This document shows positions 32,358 through 43,801 of a stretch of 56,666 nt of DNA, one piece after another (the stretch's first letter is position 1; every line of letters begins with the position of its first letter). The notes under the pieces were generated by a model, which was not told the origin of the DNA, ran no database searches, and saw nothing but the letters and a program-made list of their open reading frames with translations. Location: the sequence record SRR20825019_320. One strand, 5' to 3'. The position numbers were made by a program, and so were the translations under genes.

Positions 32358-35300
32358 GTGTCAAAAGATTTTGTACATCTAAGGGTTCATAGCTCTTACT
32401 CAATGCTTGAGAGCACTATCAAGATTGATAATCTTGTTGGACTTGTTAAAAATAAGTTAATGCCTGCTGTTTCATTAACTGATAATGGAAATTTATATGG
32501 TGCTCTTGAATTTGCAATAGCTGCAAATAAAAATGGAGTAAAGCCTATCCATGGAGTAGTTATTAATATTAAATATGAATCTTTTGGAAAAGAATATTAT
32601 GCAGAATTATTGTTACTTGCTAAAAATAAACTGGGAATACAAAATTTATTTAAGCTCTCTAGTAAGTCATATTTAGAAAATGACAGGAGGGATTGCGAGC
32701 ATATTACGATAAAAGATTTAGAAATTTATCATGAAGGGCTTATAATATTATCAGGATATACTGGTGGTATTATAGGTCAGTTATTGCTTCAATCTAATTA
32801 TGACGAGGCAAAAAAGCAGGCAAATTATTTTAAAAACTTGCTAGGTTCTAGATATTATATGGAGATTAGTAGGCATGGTTATGAAAAGGAAAAAGCAATT
32901 GAAGCTAGTTATACTAAACTCGCAAGTGAGTTATCAATTGCTTTAGTTGCTACTAATCATGTGTTATTTGATACAATAGAAATGCATGAAGCGCATGATG
33001 TTCTATTATGTATTGCTGATGCTGTTCCAAGATCTGAAAAAAATAGAAAAACAGTAAGTAATCAATGTTATTTAAAATCTTCTGAGGAAATGGAAGAATT
33101 ATTTAGTGACATTCCTGAAGCTATTGATAATACTATACATATAGCGAAAAGATGTTCATTTATGCTTGAAACATCAAAGCCAGTACTGCCTAACTTTTCT
33201 CAAGGAAATCAAGATGAAGATGATATATTAAGAAATGAGGCTCATTTAGGTCTTGAAAAAAGACTTGATGTAAAATTAAAAAACGAAAATATTTCAGATG
33301 ATGATGCTGTTAAAATAAAAAAAGAATATTTAGAAAGATTAGAATATGAATTAGATATTATATGTTCTATGAAATTTTCTGGATATTTTTTAATAGTATC
33401 TGATTTTATTAAATGGAGTAAAAATAGCCAAATTACTGTTGGGCCTGGAAGAGGTTCTGGAGCTGGTTCTGTTGTTGCTTGGAGTCTTTTAATCACTGAT
33501 TTGGATCCTATAAAATTTGGTTTACTATTTGAGAGATTTTTAAATCCTGAAAGAGTATCTATGCCTGATTTTGATATAGATTTTTGTCAGGAAAAAAGAG
33601 AGCAAGTAATTGATTATGTAAGGCTTAAATACGGAAAAGAGAGGGTTGCAAACATCATAACTTTCGGGAAATTACAAGCTAAAGCAGTAATTAAAGATGT
33701 TGCTAGGGTTTTAGGTCTTGGATATAGTTATGCTAATTATTTAACTGAGCTTGTACCTTTTAATGCCGTGAATCCTGTAACATTAAAGCAAGCAGTAGAG
33801 GAGATACCTGAGCTTGCTTCGGCTCTTAAAGGTGGTGGGATTAAGAATTTAAGTGGTGAGAATGAGTTAATTGCTCAGGTTTTAAATACAGCTTTAATAC
33901 TTGAAGGTTTACATAGGCATGTATCTGTGCATGCTGCTGGAATAGTAATTTCAGGAGAAAAGCTTGATAAGTTGTTACCTTTATATAAAGATAAAAATTC
34001 TGATATCCAAATTATTCAATATTCTATGAAGTATGCAGAGCTTGCAGGACTTGTAAAGTTCGACTTCTTAGGTTTGCAGACACTGACTTTAATATCAAAA
34101 TGTGTAGAATTAATTAAAAATATGGGGTTTGAGCTTGATATTAATGATGTAAATCTTTCAGATGGAGCAACTTTTAGGATGCTTTCTGATGGAAATTCTA
34201 CAGGTGTGTTTCAGTTTGAAAGTGCTGGTATGAAAGATACTCTTAGAAAATTAAAGCCTGATTGTATTGGAGATTTGGTTGCTCTTGGAGCTTTATACCG
34301 TCCTGGTCCTATGGAGAATATTCCTACATATGTTGCATGTAAACATAAGTTGCAGGAACCAGAATATTTGCATCCTCTATTAAAAGATGTACTTAAAGAA
34401 ACTTATGGGGTCATAGTATACCAAGAACAGGTAATGGAGATAGCTAAGATTTTAGCTGGATATACTCTCGGTGCGTCAGATTTATTAAGGCGCGCTATGG
34501 GTAAAAAGAACAAGCTTGAAATGAAAGAGCAGGAAAATATATTTATTTCAGGTTCTAAACAAAATGGAATAGATAGTAATCAAGCTAAGAAAATATTTGA
34601 CTCTGTTGCAAAATTTGCAGGTTATGGTTTTAATAAGTCTCATGCAGTTGCATATGCGATGATATCTTATCAGACTGCATATCTTAAAGCTAATTATTTG
34701 ATAGAATTTTTGGTAACTAACCTAAATTTAGAGATAGATGATAGTGATAAGATATTAATGTTTGTAAAGGATGCACTTGAGAATGGTATTAAAATTTTAA
34801 AGCCAGATATTAATCAGTCTGAAGGTGGTTTTACATTTAATAAAGCTGAATCTTCTATTACTTTTGGAGTAGGAGCTATAAAAAATGTAACATCAAGTCT
34901 TGGTGGGTATTTAAAGAATGAAAGAAATGTAAGAGGAAAATTTAAATCTATTTTAGATTTTATTAAAAGAGTGCAGCCTCATCTTATCAATAAAAGGGCC
35001 CTTGAAAATCTTATTAAAGCAGGATGTTTTGATAGTTTGCATAATAATAGGAATCAATTAATTCAGTCAGTTCAGAGAATAATTTCTTTTGGTCAGACTT
35101 TTCATCAAGAGAAAGATTCTAATCAATTTAGTTTTAATATAGATACATCTTCAAATGTCCTTGTAGAGGAATTAAAAGATTATGATGATAAAACTATTTC
35201 TATGCATGAGATGGAGGTAACTAATATTTTTTTGTCAGGTCATCCTTCTATGCATTATGAAGAATTTTTCAATGATTTAGGAATAAGTACAATAAGTAAG

Positions 35301-35801
35301 ATTAAATCAGATGAGAATTTAACTAATGGGAGGGTTAAACTATTTGGTGTTGTACATAAGAAAGATACAAGGATGTCTCAGCGAGGTAGGTTTGTTACTA
35401 TTGTTATGTCGTCTGGTCAAGATTATTTTGAGGTGGTTGTATATAATGATAATTCACTTAAGAAATATGGGCATTTGATTAATGCAAAGGAGATATTAGT
35501 TGCAACATGTGATGTAATTAAAGATGAAGGAGGAATGAGGTTTGTAGGTCATGAATTTGAAAGAATTGATGATGCAATGCTTAAAAATGATCGTTATTTG
35601 CTTTTAAAGCCTAAAGGAAAACATGGGCTACATGCAATTCTTGAATTTATAAAACCAAAACTAGAAAGAGACTATCCAAATATTAGGATTGATTTAGAAG
35701 TGCCAATCTCTTTAAAATTTAATGTAAAACTTGACTTGAATAAGGAGATAAATCTTACTTATGATGAAGTTAAGAACCTGAAAGAACTTTGCCAGAAATA
35801 A
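32358..35801 (+). CDS. dnaE: DNA polymerase III alpha subunit (GTG start)
   Basis: FVHLRVHSSYS PHP domain, GPGRGSGAGS, MPDFDIDF, KFDFLGL, YGFNKSHA. Confidence 0.98.
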   Translation: MSKDFVHLRVHSSYSMLESTIKIDNLVGLVKNKLMPAVSLTDNGNLYGALEFAIAANKNGVKPIHGVVINIKYESFGKEYYAELLLLAKNKLGIQNLFKLSSKSYLENDRRDCEHITIKDLEIYHEGLIILSGYTGGIIGQLLLQSNYDEAKKQANYFKNLLGSRYYMEISRHGYEKEKAIEASYTKLASELSIALVATNHVLFDTIEMHEAHDVLLCIADAVPRSEKNRKTVSNQCYLKSSEEMEELFSDIPEAIDNTIHIAKRCSFMLETSKPVLPNFSQGNQDEDDILRNEAHLGLEKRLDVKLKNENISDDDAVKIKKEYLERLEYELDIICSMKFSGYFLIVSDFIKWSKNSQITVGPGRGSGAGSVVAWSLLITDLDPIKFGLLFERFLNPERVSMPDFDIDFCQEKREQVIDYVRLKYGKERVANIITFGKLQAKAVIKDVARVLGLGYSYANYLTELVPFNAVNPVTLKQAVEEIPELASALKGGGIKNLSGENELIAQVLNTALILEGLHRHVSVHAAGIVISGEKLDKLLPLYKDKNSDIQIIQYSMKYAELAGLVKFDFLGLQTLTLISKCVELIKNMGFELDINDVNLSDGATFRMLSDGNSTGVFQFESAGMKDTLRKLKPDCIGDLVALGALYRPGPMENIPTYVACKHKLQEPEYLHPLLKDVLKETYGVIVYQEQVMEIAKILAGYTLGASDLLRRAMGKKNKLEMKEQENIFISGSKQNGIDSNQAKKIFDSVAKFAGYGFNKSHAVAYAMISYQTAYLKANYLIEFLVTNLNLEIDDSDKILMFVKDALENGIKILKPDINQSEGGFTFNKAESSITFGVGAIKNVTSSLGGYLKNERNVRGKFKSILDFIKRVQPHLINKRALENLIKAGCFDSLHNNRNQLIQSVQRIISFGQTFHQEKDSNQFSFNIDTSSNVLVEELKDYDDKTISMHEMEVTNIFLSGHPSMHYEEFFNDLGISTISKIKSDENLTNGRVKLFGVVHKKDTRMSQRGRFVTIVMSSGQDYFEVVVYNDNSLKKYGHLINAKEILVATCDVIKDEGGMRFVGHEFERIDDAMLKNDRYLLLKPKGKHGLHAILEFIKPKLERDYPNIRIDLEVPISLKFNVKLDLNKEINLTYDEVKNLKELCQK

Positions 35802-35918
35802 ATTTGGTAAGTTTATATCTATAGAAAATTTCTATACCAATAAAAGAATCTCCAATGAAGACCTATTGATACATTAAATTATATGCTATATTTTATATTA
35901 ATTTTAGATCAAGAGTGA

Positions 35919-38900
35919 ATGGGCAAGTTAAATTTTGTATGGAATGAATTAAGATTTGCAAAGAATCTAATTAATACAAGTCTTTATGAAGAGTATAGAG
36001 AGAAGATAGGTAGTCTTTTTGAAGATAAGAATATATCTACAGAGAAATTACATACAAAGAAGCATTTTCTTATGTCCTTTCGACTTGATAAGAAGATTAG
36101 AGCTATATGTACTCAAGATAAGAATATTCTAATAATTATAGATATATTAACTTCGCATAAATATGATAAAGTGCTAGATATTAATTCTAGTAAGATAGCA
36201 GAAGAAACTAGAAATGAGTTGGATGATTTATCAGAAGATGAAGAGGAGTTAAGTGAGAAGATTTTAGAATATGAAAGTAAAGAATTTTTAAATAGTAGAT
36301 CAAATTTTTTAGTATTAGATAAAGTACAATCAGGAATAGTTGAGGATGTAATATCTTTGAGTAAGCCATCAAGTATAATAGTTAATGGAGTTGCTGGTTC
36401 TGGTAAGACAACAATAGCTGAGTCGATAATAAATCATACTAAACTAAACCATACAAAGTTTGCTCAAACTAATTCCATGAATTTATTATATATATGTAAA
36501 TCATCAAGGCTTATTAGTATGATGAAGAATGTATATTCTTTGGGAGAAGAGTTTACTGGGCTAGATTTTATTACAAGTAATGAGTTATATAAGGGGGAGA
36601 TATTTAATTATGATATATTTTTAGATTGGGTTAATAGTAATTATGCTAGGGAGAAATTTAGTGATGATTTAAGGAAATATATAGAAGAAAATCAAGATAA
36701 TCTTGAAGATATAAGTAAAATATTGACTGAATTATATTCAGGTATATCAAAATCTCTCAAGGGAGGAGCAAATAAAGAAATAAAGAGAGAATTATTAAAA
36801 GAATTATTATTTCAATATCTAGATGATAAGATATGTGAACTAAAAACATTTGAGAGATGGATAGAATTTACTAAACAAAGAAGGCTAAGTAAATATAAAT
36901 ATCTTAAGGGTATTAGTAAGGAGGAAGTTAAATATATTTATGAAGATATAATTAAGTATAAGGAGCAGGCTGAAGAATTAGAAGGAACAAGCAAAGGATT
37001 AAGCAAAGATTTAGGTAAAAAAGTCTCATACGGTATTTTGGGTAGTGAAGAATTATCAGATATATTAAATGAATATGTTAATTATCTAAAAAATAGTAAA
37101 AAATTTGATTTTAGGCTAGGAGTAAATAAAGCAACAATGTTTTTTGATAGCAAGAAAAAAGAACAAGTTTTTCACAAGGGATTAGAAAATAATAGTAACA
37201 AAAATTATACATATATCTTAATAGATGAGAGTCAAGATTTAAGCCAGAGTGAGTTAATTGATATAAGGTCATATTTAAAGAAGGATGGTACTATCATATA
37301 TTTAATGGATAGTAATCAAACAATTGAGGATACATTTAGTAGGACCCAGCACAATGTTAGTGTTGCAGAGTCTTGTTATAGTGATAGATCAGTTTTATTA
37401 TATAATTTAGATTCTTCATATAGGAATGCAGAGATAATAGCAAGATTTGCAACAAGGCTTATACATTTAAAGTCTTACTTGGTAGGTGGTAAGTTAAATA
37501 AATATGAAGGAATGAGTGATATAGATAGTTTACCTACATCACAAAGGAAAAGTGGAGAAGTGAGGTGGATATATTGTGATCAAAAGGATAAAAAAACAAT
37601 TGAGAATATAGAAGCATTAAAGCATAATGCTAGATCTATAATGGATTGCTGCGTAGTAATACCTGATGAGGATCTTAGGTTAGATGCTGAAACAGATTTC
37701 CCTGGTGCATTAGTTTTAACTCCGTCACAAATTAAGGGATTAGAATATAATCAGATTATATTATACAAATTTATTTCAGGTGAATATGAAGCTAATATAC
37801 TAAAAAGTCAATCAGCAATAGAGAAATATAAGGCGGGCCAGGAGGTTCCTAGGAATTTTCCTAGTGATAAGAGTAGCGCAAAATATACAATTTTACTAAA
37901 TAAATTATTTGTTGGAGCAACTAGGGCGATGGTAAGTTTGGTGGTATATGAAACTAAAGCTAATGATAAGGGGAATTCGCTAATAGAAAAATATGAATCT
38001 ATATTTGAGGGTATAATTGATAGTAAAGGTATAAGAGTTTTAGAGAGAGCGTCATTAAATGAGATAATTGCTAAAATAGAGCTGCTAGGTAGTCAATTAG
38101 ATAGTGAAATATTAATTAAATATTTTAATTTAGCTTATACTAAATTAGATGAAGAGAAGTATGCAGAAGAGAATTTAAAGCTAAGAGATTTAACTAATTT
38201 TGAGAAAGTAATTAAAACTTTATGTGAAAGCAGAATAGATAGTATTAGATTTAAGGAAATTATTAAAAAAGTTGAAGAAGAGATATCTAAATTATCTAAA
38301 ATAATATTTGGGGTAAATGCTTTTGTTAGGAACGAGGAATATGAAATAGTACAAGAAGGGGAAAGGGTTACTGAAATTAGAACTAATACCCATAAAAATC
38401 AAAATACTAACTTTAGTAGTATAAGTAAGAATAGTGTAAGTAATAATAATTTATCTAAAGGATCTAGTAAAAAAAATAATAGGTCTATGGATACTATGCA
38501 AGAAAAAAAAGATAGTAAAAAGAATCTTAAAATAAGCCTTCAAGACAATCGTAAGTTTAAAATAATTATGGATATAATTAGAAGGTTATATAATGATCAG
38601 GATTATGATAAGGCTGCAGATTATGTTAATGAGCCAAAAAATAAAATTTTAATAGAAAAAAATCTTGAATTAATAGATCCTAGTGAGGTTAATTCATTAT
38701 TAGATTATCATGATATAGGGATAATTCAATTTTTATTAGGTGGGTATAAAAAAGCTCTTGAGAGTTTTGAACTTGTAAAAGAAATGCACAGTAATAATAG
38801 AAGCAGTGAATTTAATATTGGATTTTGCTATTATCAACTTGGGATGCATAAGAAAGCTATAGAGAAGTTTATTCTTTGTGAGGAGCGTTCTTATAAATAT

Positions 38901-41690
38901 CTAATGGATTCTTATGGTGAATTAGGTATGCATGAAAAACATATAAAGCTTTGTAAAAAGTATATTGATAAAAATCCTGATGATTATAGGTTGCATACTG
39001 AAATGGGTGATTGTCTTTTTGTTATCGAGAAATATGATGAAGCAAGTAAAAGTTATAATAAATCATTTATTATTAAAAATACATCTAATGCTATTTGGGG
39101 TATTACAAAATGTTATTTTTTATCAGAAAAATATCAAGAGTCATATGATATTTTGTTACAAATGAAGTATGAGTATTTATCAGGTTCTAAGACAATATTA
39201 GGACTTAATGAGCAATATATATATTTAAGTTCTTTGTATTTGTTTGCTTTAAGAAAATATGATTATGTTATTGATATATCTAAAGAGTTAATAAGCACTG
39301 GATACAGGTTAGGTACTTCATTCTATATACTTGGAATATCATATAAAATGATAGGAAATTATAAGGAGTCTAAGAAATATTTAGAAAAAGCTGCAAAAGA
39401 AGGTTTTAGAGTTAATCTTTTTAATTTGCATAAAGGTCTAATACTCAGAAAAGAAATGAGTAGTTATTTATCAAATCAAATGTCAGGTGTAAAAGATACT
39501 TCTATTATAGATATTTATGCTAAATATTGTGTAAGTTATACAAAAACAATTATAGAAAATTTTGAAACTCAAGCTGCGATATCTTTACTACCTGACTTGA
39601 ATTTTAATTTAGGATTATGTTATTTGTGTGAAGGGCGTTTTAAGCTAGCAGGTCAAAGTTTTATGAAGGAGCTTGATATTAATCCTAAGCATAACAATAG
39701 TAACTTAATGGAGGAATATATTGACAAATTTTTGATAAGTGAGAAAATTTCTTTTGATGAGTGCTATGATCAAGTAATTAAGGAGGCTTTAAGCATACAA
39801 GAACATATTACTGGTTTTAATCATAAAGGTATAATTTTTAATTTAAAAGATATGTTTATTATATGGCAAGATTTGATTAAATTATTAGATTCAAAACCTA
39901 TTTTACTTAGTGAGAATTTTGAAATAGGTAATATGTTTTATGATTTATCAATGTATAGGGAAGCATTATTATTTTATAGAAAAGATCAAGAATGTCTAAA
40001 AGTTAAGGAGAAACTAGCTATATGTTATAAGGATTTAAAAAGTTATCAAGAAGCAATAAATATTTTTAATGAAATATTATCTGTAAAGAAAGATACGTTA
40101 TCATTGAACTGGCATATTGGTCATTGCTATGAGCTTTTAAAGCAATATAATAAGGCTATTAGTAGTTATAAAAAAGAGTTAGATATATATCCTAAATGCG
40201 GTGATAGTCATTATCAAATAGGATATTGTCAAATGATTTTGGGTAGTCACGAAAGAGCAAAGGAGTCATTTATTAAAGCTAGAAATTGTAATCCAACGTA
40301 TGAAGATTCCAAGGAAAATATAAAATTATGTAAAAAACTACATGTTAAAACTCAAAAAGCTATAAAACTTCTTGAAGATGGGCAATTTGAAAATGCAAGT
40401 AATGTCCTTGAGGAAGTATTATCACTACATCCAGAAAATTTAAGTGCACTCAATATACTAATTATATGTATGCAAGAGCTCAAGCTTTATAAGAGAGGGC
40501 ATGATTATGCAACTCAAGCTATTGAAATATTTCCTTCATATTGGGCATATTATATGAATGATGGAGAGTTTCTTAAAGAAATGTTTGAAAAAGAAGGTGC
40601 ATTAGTACAAGAGAATGCAATTGAACAATTTAAAAAAGCACTAGAGATAAATCCCAAAGCAGAGGGTGCTTATTATAAACTTGCTGAATGCTATCAAGGT
40701 CGAGATGACAAAAAGGCAAAAGAATATTATGAACTATCAATTAAATCGGGTTATAGAGAGTTAGAGTCTTTATATAATGTTGGCGTACTTTATACATATA
40801 TTGATCAAAATATTCCTAAAGATTTTAAAAAGTCTATTGAGTATTTTAATAAAGTAATAAATATAGACCCAGAATATAAATCAGCCTATCTTATGAAGGG
40901 TATCAGCTCTCAAGAGATAGGATTATATGAACAGGCTCTTTTATGTTTTAATAAATATAAACAAATTACAGGTATTAATTGTGATAAGGACTTAAAGAGT
41001 TATTATTTCATTGGTATACCTAGTTTAGAATATCTTAGAGGTATCTGTTTTAAAAAACTAGGTAGATATAAGGAAGCAATAGAGAGCTTTGAGAATATAC
41101 CTGAAGATATGCTAATTTTTGATGATAATGAGAACCCAACTTCAATATGTTATTATCGAGGAGAATGCTATGAGGCACTTGGTGAATATGAAAATGCGAT
41201 AGAAAGTTATAAGTGTATGCATGAAGATTATTGCATACCTAATGATAATAAATATAAGATATCCATATTTTATAAACTTGGGGAGTGTTATGAAAAAATA
41301 GGTAAATATAACGAAGCAATTAAAAGTTATGAATTTCAGATATTAAAACGTAAGACTGATATACCTGGATTAGAAAATAAGATGGTACAAATATATGATA
41401 GAATAGGTAAGGTTAAAGAAGCAATTAATTTATATGCTGAGATATTAAAATCAAATCCAAGTCAAAAACATCTTGAGAGTATAAAAAAATTATTATTATG
41501 TAATTTATCTAATAAAATAAGTGATTCTAATAGCAGATATTTCATAAAAAATTCTGAAGAAATTAGTAAAACGAGTAACATAGTTGATGATGATACTGAG
41601 CAGCAATATAACAAAGAAGCAATGGGTGAGCATAATATTGAAACTGCAGGAAGTATTAGTAACTATCAAGATGATTCTAGTACTATTTAA
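35919..41690 (+). CDS. Large SF1 (UvrD-like) helicase / TPR-array protein with RelE-like N-terminus
   Basis: Walker A GVAGSGKT (36387-36410), Walker B LIDESQD (37218-37238), MDSNQ, SSYRN, IKGLEY, LFVGATRA; many TPRs from about 38700 onward. Confidence 0.85.
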   Translation: MGKLNFVWNELRFAKNLINTSLYEEYREKIGSLFEDKNISTEKLHTKKHFLMSFRLDKKIRAICTQDKNILIIIDILTSHKYDKVLDINSSKIAEETRNELDDLSEDEEELSEKILEYESKEFLNSRSNFLVLDKVQSGIVEDVISLSKPSSIIVNGVAGSGKTTIAESIINHTKLNHTKFAQTNSMNLLYICKSSRLISMMKNVYSLGEEFTGLDFITSNELYKGEIFNYDIFLDWVNSNYAREKFSDDLRKYIEENQDNLEDISKILTELYSGISKSLKGGANKEIKRELLKELLFQYLDDKICELKTFERWIEFTKQRRLSKYKYLKGISKEEVKYIYEDIIKYKEQAEELEGTSKGLSKDLGKKVSYGILGSEELSDILNEYVNYLKNSKKFDFRLGVNKATMFFDSKKKEQVFHKGLENNSNKNYTYILIDESQDLSQSELIDIRSYLKKDGTIIYLMDSNQTIEDTFSRTQHNVSVAESCYSDRSVLLYNLDSSYRNAEIIARFATRLIHLKSYLVGGKLNKYEGMSDIDSLPTSQRKSGEVRWIYCDQKDKKTIENIEALKHNARSIMDCCVVIPDEDLRLDAETDFPGALVLTPSQIKGLEYNQIILYKFISGEYEANILKSQSAIEKYKAGQEVPRNFPSDKSSAKYTILLNKLFVGATRAMVSLVVYETKANDKGNSLIEKYESIFEGIIDSKGIRVLERASLNEIIAKIELLGSQLDSEILIKYFNLAYTKLDEEKYAEENLKLRDLTNFEKVIKTLCESRIDSIRFKEIIKKVEEEISKLSKIIFGVNAFVRNEEYEIVQEGERVTEIRTNTHKNQNTNFSSISKNSVSNNNLSKGSSKKNNRSMDTMQEKKDSKKNLKISLQDNRKFKIIMDIIRRLYNDQDYDKAADYVNEPKNKILIEKNLELIDPSEVNSLLDYHDIGIIQFLLGGYKKALESFELVKEMHSNNRSSEFNIGFCYYQLGMHKKAIEKFILCEERSYKYLMDSYGELGMHEKHIKLCKKYIDKNPDDYRLHTEMGDCLFVIEKYDEASKSYNKSFIIKNTSNAIWGITKCYFLSEKYQESYDILLQMKYEYLSGSKTILGLNEQYIYLSSLYLFALRKYDYVIDISKELISTGYRLGTSFYILGISYKMIGNYKESKKYLEKAAKEGFRVNLFNLHKGLILRKEMSSYLSNQMSGVKDTSIIDIYAKYCVSYTKTIIENFETQAAISLLPDLNFNLGLCYLCEGRFKLAGQSFMKELDINPKHNNSNLMEEYIDKFLISEKISFDECYDQVIKEALSIQEHITGFNHKGIIFNLKDMFIIWQDLIKLLDSKPILLSENFEIGNMFYDLSMYREALLFYRKDQECLKVKEKLAICYKDLKSYQEAINIFNEILSVKKDTLSLNWHIGHCYELLKQYNKAISSYKKELDIYPKCGDSHYQIGYCQMILGSHERAKESFIKARNCNPTYEDSKENIKLCKKLHVKTQKAIKLLEDGQFENASNVLEEVLSLHPENLSALNILIICMQELKLYKRGHDYATQAIEIFPSYWAYYMNDGEFLKEMFEKEGALVQENAIEQFKKALEINPKAEGAYYKLAECYQGRDDKKAKEYYELSIKSGYRELESLYNVGVLYTYIDQNIPKDFKKSIEYFNKVINIDPEYKSAYLMKGISSQEIGLYEQALLCFNKYKQITGINCDKDLKSYYFIGIPSLEYLRGICFKKLGRYKEAIESFENIPEDMLIFDDNENPTSICYYRGECYEALGEYENAIESYKCMHEDYCIPNDNKYKISIFYKLGECYEKIGKYNEAIKSYEFQILKRKTDIPGLENKMVQIYDRIGKVKEAINLYAEILKSNPSQKHLESIKKLLLCNLSNKISDSNSRYFIKNSEEISKTSNIVDDDTEQQYNKEAMGEHNIETAGSISNYQDDSSTI

Positions 41691-41965
41691 TAAACACTTG
41701 TTAAGTAGAGAATTTATTTTAACATATTTATATCTTTTGCTATTTAAAATTTTCAGTACTAGTAGTTTATATAGAATTGATTGTAAAATGTATTAAGATT
41801 TATACATGAGAAAGTAATATTTTTTGTGTAAGTTATTAAATTTTTATACTATTTTTTAGTAGATTTTTGAAATAAAATTTCAAACTGATTTAAATTTAAT
41901 AGCTAATTTTTTATGGGCATTGTCCATTTTTTCAGCTTTCCTAATTGGTAAATATATAATCTTTC

Positions 41966-43252
41966 TTATTGATATTTATTTAGAGATCTTGATTTAAAAT
42001 TTAATATTCTATTTTCTAGCTCACTTCTAAAATGTTTTATAAGCCCTTGTATGGGCCATGCTGCTGCATCTCCAAGAGCGCAGATAGTATTTCCTTCTAC
42101 CTGATAAGAAATCTCAAGTAAATTATCAATATCACTAATTGATGCATTTCCGTCTACAAGTCTATTCATAATTCTCCACATCCAGCCAGTTCCTTCTCTA
42201 CAAGGAGTGCATTGCCCGCAAGATTCATGCATATAAAATTTTGATAAAAGACCAATTGCTTGTATTATGTCTGTTGAATTATCCATAACTATAATAGCAC
42301 CTGTTCCTAAACTAGTACCTAGAGATTTCAAGCTGTCAAAATCCATTAGAGCATCATCACATAGTTTTTTTGGCATAAGTGGTACAGAAGAGCCTCCTGG
42401 AATAACAGCTTTAAGGTTTTCCCATCCTCCTCTTACACCTCCTGCATATTTTTCAATTAGATATTTTAGTGGTATGCCTAATTCTTCTTCTACATTGCAG
42501 GGATTATTTACATGTCCAGAGATTGAAAATATTTTTGTTCCACAGCTATTTGTAGTACCTAATGAATTGAACCATTTAGCTCCTCTTTTTAAAATTGTGG
42601 GGATTACTGCTATAGATTCAATATTATTAATAGTTGTAGGGCATCCATATAAACCTTTATTAGCTGGAAAAGGAGGTTTTAGTCTAGGTAAACCTTTATC
42701 TCCTTCAAGGCTGCTTAATAAAGCTGTTTCTTCTCCGCAAATATACGCACCTGCACCTCTATGAAGTATAATATCAATATTATTTTTGCTATTTAATATA
42801 TTTTTACCTAGATATTTTCTATTGTAGCACTCGTCTATAGCATTTTTGAGAATTTCATATTCTTTATGAAATTCTCCTCTGATATATATATAGCAAGTAT
42901 TCACATTAAGTGCATAGCTTCCAATAATCGCTCCTTCTATAATTTTGTATGGTTCATAGGTAATAATATCTCTATCCTTGCATGTACCTGGTTCAGACTC
43001 ATCTGCATTAATTACTAGGTATGATGGAATACTAGAATTTTGAGGCATAAATGACCATTTAACCCCAGTTGGGAAACCTGCTCCTCCTCTTCCTCGTAAA
43101 CCTGAATCTTTTACTTCTTGAATGATTTTTTCTTTAGATAGAGTTAATATATTTTTTAAATCTTTAAAATCACCTACTTCTTCTGCATATTTTAAGTTTG
43201 CAGCTTTTTTATTGATTAAGTTATTAAATATTAGGTTTTTTTTATCAATCAT
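41966..43252 (-). CDS. nuoF: NADH-quinone oxidoreductase subunit F
   Basis: [47 protein letters not shown]. Confidence 0.98.
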   Translation of the reverse strand: MIDKKNLIFNNLINKKAANLKYAEEVGDFKDLKNILTLSKEKIIQEVKDSGLRGRGGAGFPTGVKWSFMPQNSSIPSYLVINADESEPGTCKDRDIITYEPYKIIEGAIIGSYALNVNTCYIYIRGEFHKEYEILKNAIDECYNRKYLGKNILNSKNNIDIILHRGAGAYICGEETALLSSLEGDKGLPRLKPPFPANKGLYGCPTTINNIESIAVIPTILKRGAKWFNSLGTTNSCGTKIFSISGHVNNPCNVEEELGIPLKYLIEKYAGGVRGGWENLKAVIPGGSSVPLMPKKLCDDALMDFDSLKSLGTSLGTGAIIVMDNSTDIIQAIGLLSKFYMHESCGQCTPCREGTGWMWRIMNRLVDGNASISDIDNLLEISYQVEGNTICALGDAAAWPIQGLIKHFRSELENRILNFKSRSLNKYQ

Positions 43253-43283
43253 TTTTTAAAAACTTTATATAATAGGGAGTATT

Positions 43284-43796
43284 TTAATCATCTTCATCTA
43301 ATTTATCAATTATATGAATAATTTTTTCTTCGGTTAATTTTTCATATCTATCATTATTAATAAGAGCAACAGGAGCATCTATACAGGCTCCAAGACATTC
43401 TATTTCACTTAAAGTAAATTTTTTGTCTTTGGTTGTTTTTCTATTCTCTATTTTTAGTCTTCTTTGGCATGCTTTACTAATTTTTGATGAGCCATTTAGC
43501 CAGCATGGCGTAGTTGAGCATACTTGAATATGATATTTACCAACTGGATCAAGATTAAACATACTATAAAAAGATGCGACTTCGTATGCTTTTATATATG
43601 GTATAGATAACAATTCTGCAACTTCAACAATTGCCTCTTTAGTTAGAAAGCCTTGTTGATTTTGTGCTAAATGAAAAAGCGGTAAAATAGCACTTTTTTG
43701 TCTACCTTTAGGGTATTGATTTATTATTTTAGATACAAGTTTATTATTTTCTTCAGTAAATTTAAATTTAGTTTTGGAGCTGTTTATTTGACTCAT
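43284..43796 (-). CDS. nuoE: NADH-quinone oxidoreductase subunit E
   Basis: EVASFYSMF, VCSTTPC, ECLGAC 2Fe-2S ligands. Confidence 0.97.
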   Translation of the reverse strand: MSQINSSKTKFKFTEENNKLVSKIINQYPKGRQKSAILPLFHLAQNQQGFLTKEAIVEVAELLSIPYIKAYEVASFYSMFNLDPVGKYHIQVCSTTPCWLNGSSKISKACQRRLKIENRKTTKDKKFTLSEIECLGACIDAPVALINNDRYEKLTEEKIIHIIDKLDEDD

Positions 43797-43801
43797 AGTT
43801 A

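Noticed and set aside
35820-35836. 8-bp inverted repeat TATAGAAA-A-TTTCTATA after dnaE
   Set aside because: Short and AT-rich with no U-tract; no matching end found downstream of the helicase-TPR gene, so not called as a terminator or mobile-element end
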